From Trichoplax sp. H2 (lineage: Eukaryota): DNA of 64,000 nucleotides. Each line of letters starts with the position of its first letter. The stretch's first letter is position 1. Shown piece after piece: positions 57,401-64,000 of the stretch. The stretch spans positions 310,001 through 374,000 of the forward strand of contig NOWV01000027.1 of assembly GCA_003344405.1 (NCBI GenBank). The letters run 5' to 3'. The notes under the pieces are model-generated. The model ran no database searches, was not told the origin of the DNA, and saw nothing but the letters and a program-made list of their open reading frames with translations. A program made the position numbers and the translations under genes.

Positions 57401-58218
57401 ATTAAGAAATTGCAGGCAGAGATAGATTGACAGAATCCAAATGTACTAAGAGAGGCAATAATATACAGTACATTTTTAAATGATCTAAAGCGTAGAAAAT
57501 TCTACTACTCCTATATTATAGTTCATTATCGCAGGTTAATCTGTTTTATATCATTTTGTATGATTACCATTTGTTCCGGTACTGATTTATTGATTTGATT
57601 TTCGTCGTCTATTTTAGAAAATTCCTGAGTTTTATTCATAGTATTTTCTAATATTTTGTCTGTATTTTCAAAATTGATTGCAAAGTCCGAACTTTTGCTC
57701 TGTGATGTAACACTAGAAGCATCTGCTGTTGTACTTGGCCGATCTTGCGTTATTGATGACATCGATGTAAACGTATCATTGGTTGGGTTAGTATTCAATG
57801 GTGAGGCCATCCGCTGAACATTACTATTACTTTGATTAGAATGATCTAAATTGATGTTATTAGTTATTGGTGTAGAAGCAGTGGATGGCATAGTTAAATG
57901 ATCCGATACGACTTGATCAGAAGTCTTGCTGGACTTTAGCATTTCGCCTTTGGCATGTCCAGATGCAGTTAGATTATCGCTTGATGAAGTATTTGTCGAA
58001 TTTAAATCCGGTGAAAGCTGATCGCCTTCTCTATCAGAATATCCATATTTGGGTGATAATTTCGAGCCTTTAAGGCCATGATATAGCTGACTTATGGAAG
58101 AACGAAGACTAGAAAACTCCCATTCTTGCATGAAACGTTGGGCAGATTCTTGTTGAGCCGATTTGGCTATCACACGGAAACCTTGTAGTAAGCCACTAAT
58201 TTCCGATAATCGCGACAT
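54462..58218 (-). CDS. COQ8: UbiB/ADCK atypical kinase COQ8 (COQ8A/COQ8B orthologue), multi-exon
   Basis: KxGQ motif ([12 protein letters not shown]), A-rich loop [33 protein letters not shown] and C-terminal [19 protein letters not shown]. The long low-complexity exon 1 starts with a mitochondrial-targeting-like sequence. Confidence 0.95.
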
Positions 58219-59039
58219 TTTACGTACGTCGTATATCCAATTGATTCAATAAATAATGTAGCGAATAATGTCTCCTTTTCTAATATAATACGAGTATCAT
58301 GTGGAATTAATGGTCTAATTCAAAAGATATGAAAAACTCAATGTAGTGATGTCTGCTTAGGCTTCGAATTTCAGGTCACTGCATACGGACAAATGATTGC
58401 AAATAGACGTTTTATGATATCATTGAATTCTTTTTTCTCCTTTTAATATTATCAACTTTTATAGCATTTCCTGGGAGGGAAAGCCGTCCAAGGCTGGTGA
58501 TATCCTAATAAGACACCAATGTAACAGTGATTACATACAGAGTAGGATAAAATTAGCAATGCAATCTACTTCAATAGCGTACAGTGTATAACTACCACTG
58601 CAACTGTAAGAAAATGTGGATCAATTAAAGAATAGGGCGCAACTAGTTTTCTATGCGATTTGATGTATAGCAAGGATTGCTGAAGAGAGAGAGAGAGATG
58701 CGATCGAGGACACTCGATCGCATTAGTGATGTCTGTCGTTGTTTGTCATGTTACGAGTGCTGTAACCGAGTTTTCAAAGGCGGCGCTTTCCAATACAATG
58801 AAGAGAACTATTATAGATATTAAGATATTCATCACTACTCCAGGTCAAGGGTGGAATAGATACCATAAAAGTACTACGTAAAACTTACGCAGAAAGAGCT
58901 GAACAATTTACTATTTAATCATTAAGATGAATATTAGCAAGATTACTCTACCTTAAAGAATGAATATTCCAATCGTTGTACCGGGCAACGTGCTCTTGCG
59001 ATATGCTGAATGTATGATAGTCGAACTGGAAGCGTATGC

Positions 59040-59504
59040 ACTGTTTATACAGTATCTACAGCACAGTGTACAGTGTACAGTAAGAGCAGTGGATGATGAC
59101 ATCGTACTGTACTGTACATACAGTACGGTACGACATACTGTACAGTACGGTACTGAATGTCATGTCACTTAATTTGCACTACACTAATGTACGGTGCAGT
59201 ACGATACTGAATATCATGTCACTTAAGTTACACTACATTACTGTACGGTACGTGCGTACAGTATTACGGTACAGTACTGTACTGTACTGCACAATGCACA
59301 GTGGAAAAAAATCTTCTTACCTGCACAGTACTGTACAGTACTGTACCGTACGCTACAGCCTCTAATTTTCCACATGGGACAGTACTTAGTACTGTACTCC
59401 ATGATGCAACGTTCAAAAGTTTGTGACGCAATATTTGACCAGGGAAACTCGAGCCGTCCTTGGTACTGTACTGTATCGTATAGTGAGTACAGTACAATAC
59501 AGTA
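59040..59504. repeat. Large ACTGT/ACAGT array upstream of COQ8, containing an internal 54 bp tandem duplication (about 59143-59250)
   Basis: Dense gtactgtac/gtacagtac units in both orientations. The duplicated unit is cagtacg(g/a)tactgaat(g/a)tcatgtcacttaa..(g/a)cactaca.ta.tgtacggt. Confidence 0.85.
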
Positions 59505-62500
59505 ACAACAAAATGATCTCATCTCTGCGTGCGCTGCGCATCGAACAGGTTGTCATTGAGATGGTGGGAGATTTTTGCCACGACATCTGTTTTACACATC
59601 CTCAAGCAAAGATAGAAGAAGAAAAGCTTCTCTTCTATCCCTTATCACGGACTCACCAATGAATTCAGGAATATACAAATGCTGTAATTCACAATTAAGG
59701 GACTGTAACGTTGCAGCTGTGAAGGATGAAGACTACTCAATTTTTTCAGCTAAAGAGTAGATTACTACGAGACAAATAGATTACAATGTAGATTATTCAC
59801 CAGAGGCACTGCCAAAGTGGGAGAGCTTTACTAAGCTAATACAGGACAGTAGTAAGGTAGCAATCTATTGCAAGACTTTTTCGTCATCCTCTTTACCAAT
59901 TTCTCTCTACAGTTAACAACAGTTAGTATAATTTCATGACACAGCTACTCACTGCCCAATCACTGCTCCATCCCTCGTCACAATTTTATTCATTTAATCA
60001 CTATTAATAGATTAGAAAGTATCCAATTGCACACAGTAAATCACAGCGAGAGTTAGCTCTGCTAAAATGGGTTGCTTTACTCACCATCTACGAATATGGC
60101 AAGGCTTTTTTGTCACTCTAGAGTGCTTTATAATATTAGCTAGCTATGTATTGCAAGGCTTTCTTGTCACCTTGCCAACTTTCTCCTCTCTCTCTTTACC
60201 AGTATATTACAACAACAATCTTACTACAGAATTATTGACTCTAAGCCAGTCTCCGACGGACAGAATACTCGCTATGAGGGAGAAAGGGTATCCATACTTG
60301 CTATGAATATCGATCGAATCGACAGTAGACAGTTCAAAAATTCAACCACTTGTCTATCCATAACTACAAGCCTACTTATGAGTATAACTGTGTATCTGTA
60401 CAGTATATTAAAATGGAAAGAAAACGATAGCAGTGGATAACTACGATACTAAATTAACCTTCTAAACTACATTATGATCTACAATATATCAAAACTGCAA
60501 ATAAGAACGCACTACAGCATACACCGCATATATAGTACAGTAGGGTAATTACCAACGCGATAGGAGGATATTGGGATCTGAAGTGGTGTAAACACATTGA
60601 CTATGCAATCTATTCTTCATGAGTGCTTGAAGCAGGCAAATGTTGATATAACGCAATACGTTGCCACGACGAATTTTTGCATATCATGAGATAGCTATTG
60701 AATTGATTAAAATATAGAGCCTAAGGAACAATTACTTTTAATAACGGTAGAAATAAGACAGGTCAAAATTAGAATTGCTAATGGTGTACGTGTATAGCAA
60801 CAATCGATTGGCTATGGTCGATTCAAACATTCTACTTATTTATAACTAGTTGATCCTCTTTCATAAGCAATAAAAATAGTTTTCTATATCGATTCCATTT
60901 GTTTTGCATAGTATAAAGAAATAATAGGAATGGTAGTTATTATTAGAATACAATCTGATCTATCCTAGCGATCCGTAAAATTAACATCTTGTAGGATCCA
61001 GTACAATAGCTATCTCTTAAAGTGTTGATGATATTCAAAATAGCTATGGGTTTACATATTCATTCTTCTCATCGTCAACACGATTGAAATTAATCATAGT
61101 CGGAAAGTAAAGTAAAATGTATGGATTGACTTTATCCTCAATTGTTGACTAGGTAGATCAACTATAGGCTAGCCATTCTTCTTCTATCATCAAAACAATC
61201 AGTGATCAAATTAATTGAAACTCCATCGGATGAATGTATTTTCTTCGTTGTCACCTTGAGGATATTTGCATGAGTTATTGTCTTCCGGCGTGGTGTAATT
61301 AATAGGCAATCAATGGATTATTTTTGATAAAGTTCTGCTTAACCTCCCGCATTCTTTCCAACAGTGGAATATAAAAATGACCGCATGCTCAATAACAACA
61401 ACAGAATACAATTTTAATTCTCTTCTATTTAGGGAGCATAAAAATTTGAGTCATCTTGTTGGCAAATTGTGTGGTAGCCATTTTATTGCATATACCTAGA
61501 ATAGAAATAACTGGATCAGTTATGGTAATTAGATATGAACATTAAGCTGGATCAATATTTCATCAAAGACAGAGGTTAATAAACGCTCGAAAATAGCATT
61601 GAAATGCAATTTTGATATCATGCAGTGTAAACAGTATGGCGTAAGCAAGTATACGCGTATTATAAATTATTCTAATGGATAATAACCAGGATCATCAACA
61701 ATCGATGACGTGACCATTGAAATAGAAGCCATGATTAGAATACAGACAATAAGGAATTAATTTGCAAGATTGGAACTCGATAACTATCTACTTTAAATGT
61801 CTTACTATAGCTAATGAGAATGACAATATGATATTATCATGACCATGACGTTTTATTTGTCATCAAGGCATCAATGTAGTCCATACTTTTATAGAATGTG
61901 TAAAAAGAAGACAATAAGCGCCACACTATCAAATTAAACTCATAGACTGTAGTTGAACTTTTTCTCCTATCTTCACTATAATATTTTTTTGCACTTCTTT
62001 TCCTATGATGATGATGCTCAATTGGCCAATGTAGAGGCAATCGTGATAACTTGTGGATAAAATTACAGACATTCAATCCAAATTATCCAATCAAGATCCA
62101 AAATTGTTGGTAAATGACATCAACTATTTTCAATTTTATTGTCGATATTGTTGATAATGTGTGGAAACCTTCGTCTTTTTTCTCTCTATAATGATTGATT
62201 AATTCAGCAGGAAGATGATTATTTCCACTATCAACTTAACTTCCTGTTACTGTTTTTCTTTTAAATTTTCTCTCTCTTTTACACGTACAGTAGATCAATA
62301 TCTATCAAACTTTACTGGATCTAGTTTGAACAATTTCTTCTTTATTTGTATTGAATTTCGATTATTTTAATGTTATCCAGCAATTAATCGAACTTAGTGA
62401 TAACGATTGAACAGTAATAATTGTTATTATTCAACTTAATGAGTCCAATCAAAGATAAAATGGCACTGACTGTGAATTTAATTGCTTCTATAGGCTATCC

Positions 62501-64000
62501 ATCTCCATACTACATTAATAAATAATTTTCTCTACCTGAGAAGTATCTCATTGCAATGTTTTATTAACAGAATCGACACTCAATCAAGGTAACCAATCTT
62601 ATCAACATCATTAACTAGATCGATTAATTGCTAATTGCCTATACTATATTCGGGTATGCTACTGCTGTATACATTTCAATATCAAAGGATTAATAATGTT
62701 GAAATCGGTAAAAGGATCGCAAAAAATGCTAACGTGCTTTAGATACGATTGGTTATCGAATAAGAAAGCGACATAGACATACACAAGTAATCGTTAGTAA
62801 GAGAATTAAAATCATGAATGACAACTTCTTTCTTTCAACATTGTTGTACTTTAATCGACCATAAAAATTCACTTGTAACTGTTTCTTGTGGAAAGACGCT
62901 TACAAAAAAATTGACCATTACGCTTTTATGCGAAGTATCTTTAACACGAATGGATTGCGGAAACTAAAGTTCATCACAATATCATCAAGATGATGATTGA
63001 CTAATTTCAAATAGAAAGCTTTCCTCGTTAATATAACTCTTAATCAAAATAAGTCGTGACGGATATCTACTCTCAATTTAATTTCATTGCAATACAGCAT
63101 ATAAATACCATCATCGATATAAGCGCTTTTCCTCCTTAGCAATATAAAATTCTTCATGATATCATTAATTACAAGGCATTCGTAAAAGATTGATAGCAAC
63201 TTTTATATAGAACCCCATTCCAAAGAGATTCATTTTCTTTACATCGTCTTTCGTCTAAGGCTTCTTCTTCATGACATTAGTTTTACCTGTATTATGGATT
63301 TTATTCATGATTGCTCTGACTTACATACAAATCAAGATATTCATTATCGGCAGCACTTTCTTCGCCAATTTCTAACTGCAACATGGTGCCTTAATAGTTA
63401 TCCATTTTACTTACTGTCCTATAGCTTTGTAAATCAATTTCTTTCTACCAATTGTGATGGCTCCTCACGCCAATGCTTGACTTACATACCCAAAATTGAT
63501 TTCGATCGACAGGCCTAAAGATATGATGATCACAAGAAATCTTTTGTATAAATGAATCATACTCATAAAATAGAGGATAATTTTACAACAATTTTCCTAC
63601 ATTAATCTAAAATCTTCAATCCTATTTAAGCTCTATTTTCCATGAAATCAAGCAAGTTTATATTGCCCCCTTAGACCTTTCGTATCAAGCTTTTCTATAT
63701 ATCATCAAGCACTAATACGATTTCTTTGTCCCTGTCCTATTACGTATATTCACGATCGAACACTAGCCGCTACATTTCCTTCTTAATCTATTTTTATAAG
63801 CTCTATTGCTACCTGATTTGTAAATTTTTCTACAAAATGGTAGCGATTTATTTTTATTTTCCTGCCATTTCCCATGATTAATCATGTCAGGAACGAATAA
63901 ATTCGAAAAAATGAACATTAACTGCAGTTATATCCAATTAATGACTTTCTTCTATGAGCATGATTGATTTTACTTTGTGTTTCTATTCCTTCTATGGTAA

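Noticed and set aside
31421..58218. U12-type or AT-AC introns in the conserved genes
   Set aside because: The junctions I checked were all ordinary GT-AG without the RTATCCTT donor. The check was not exhaustive.
58960..59662. Overlapping Tyr/Ser/Thr/Val/Cys-rich ORFs on both strands
   Set aside because: These are by-products of translating the stop-poor ACTGT/ACAGT array. The same applies to ORF 39295-39597.
61200..61510. Minus-strand acceptor near 61496 followed by ATGs
   Set aside because: Only very short ORFs occur in all frames, so a gene cannot be supported.

Overview
AT-rich, intron-dense animal genomic DNA with mostly short GT-AG introns. The compact introns and tandem GABA-B-like receptors suggest a placozoan such as Trichoplax, but this is inference only. 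The left half holds two tandem GABA-B-like class C GPCR paralogues: the 3' end of one at 386-1801 and a complete one at 16736-29726. They are separated by about 15 kb with no recognisable coding sequence, and several decayed tandem repeats lie in that gap and in intron 1 of the second gene. The right half is a tight block: BBS1(-), POLR2G/RPB7(-), MRPL4(+), HYLS1(-), UROC1(+), COQ8(-). The most unusual signal is a self-complementary ACTGT/ACAGT (TACAGTACTGTA) array found at each 5'/divergent promoter region of this block and not seen in the GPCR half. Also notable are a candidate RFX X-box module upstream of BBS1 and a GABA-B-like receptor lacking key GABA-binding residues, one disulfide and the C-terminal coiled coil. 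Exon boundaries were read by eye and no database searches were run.
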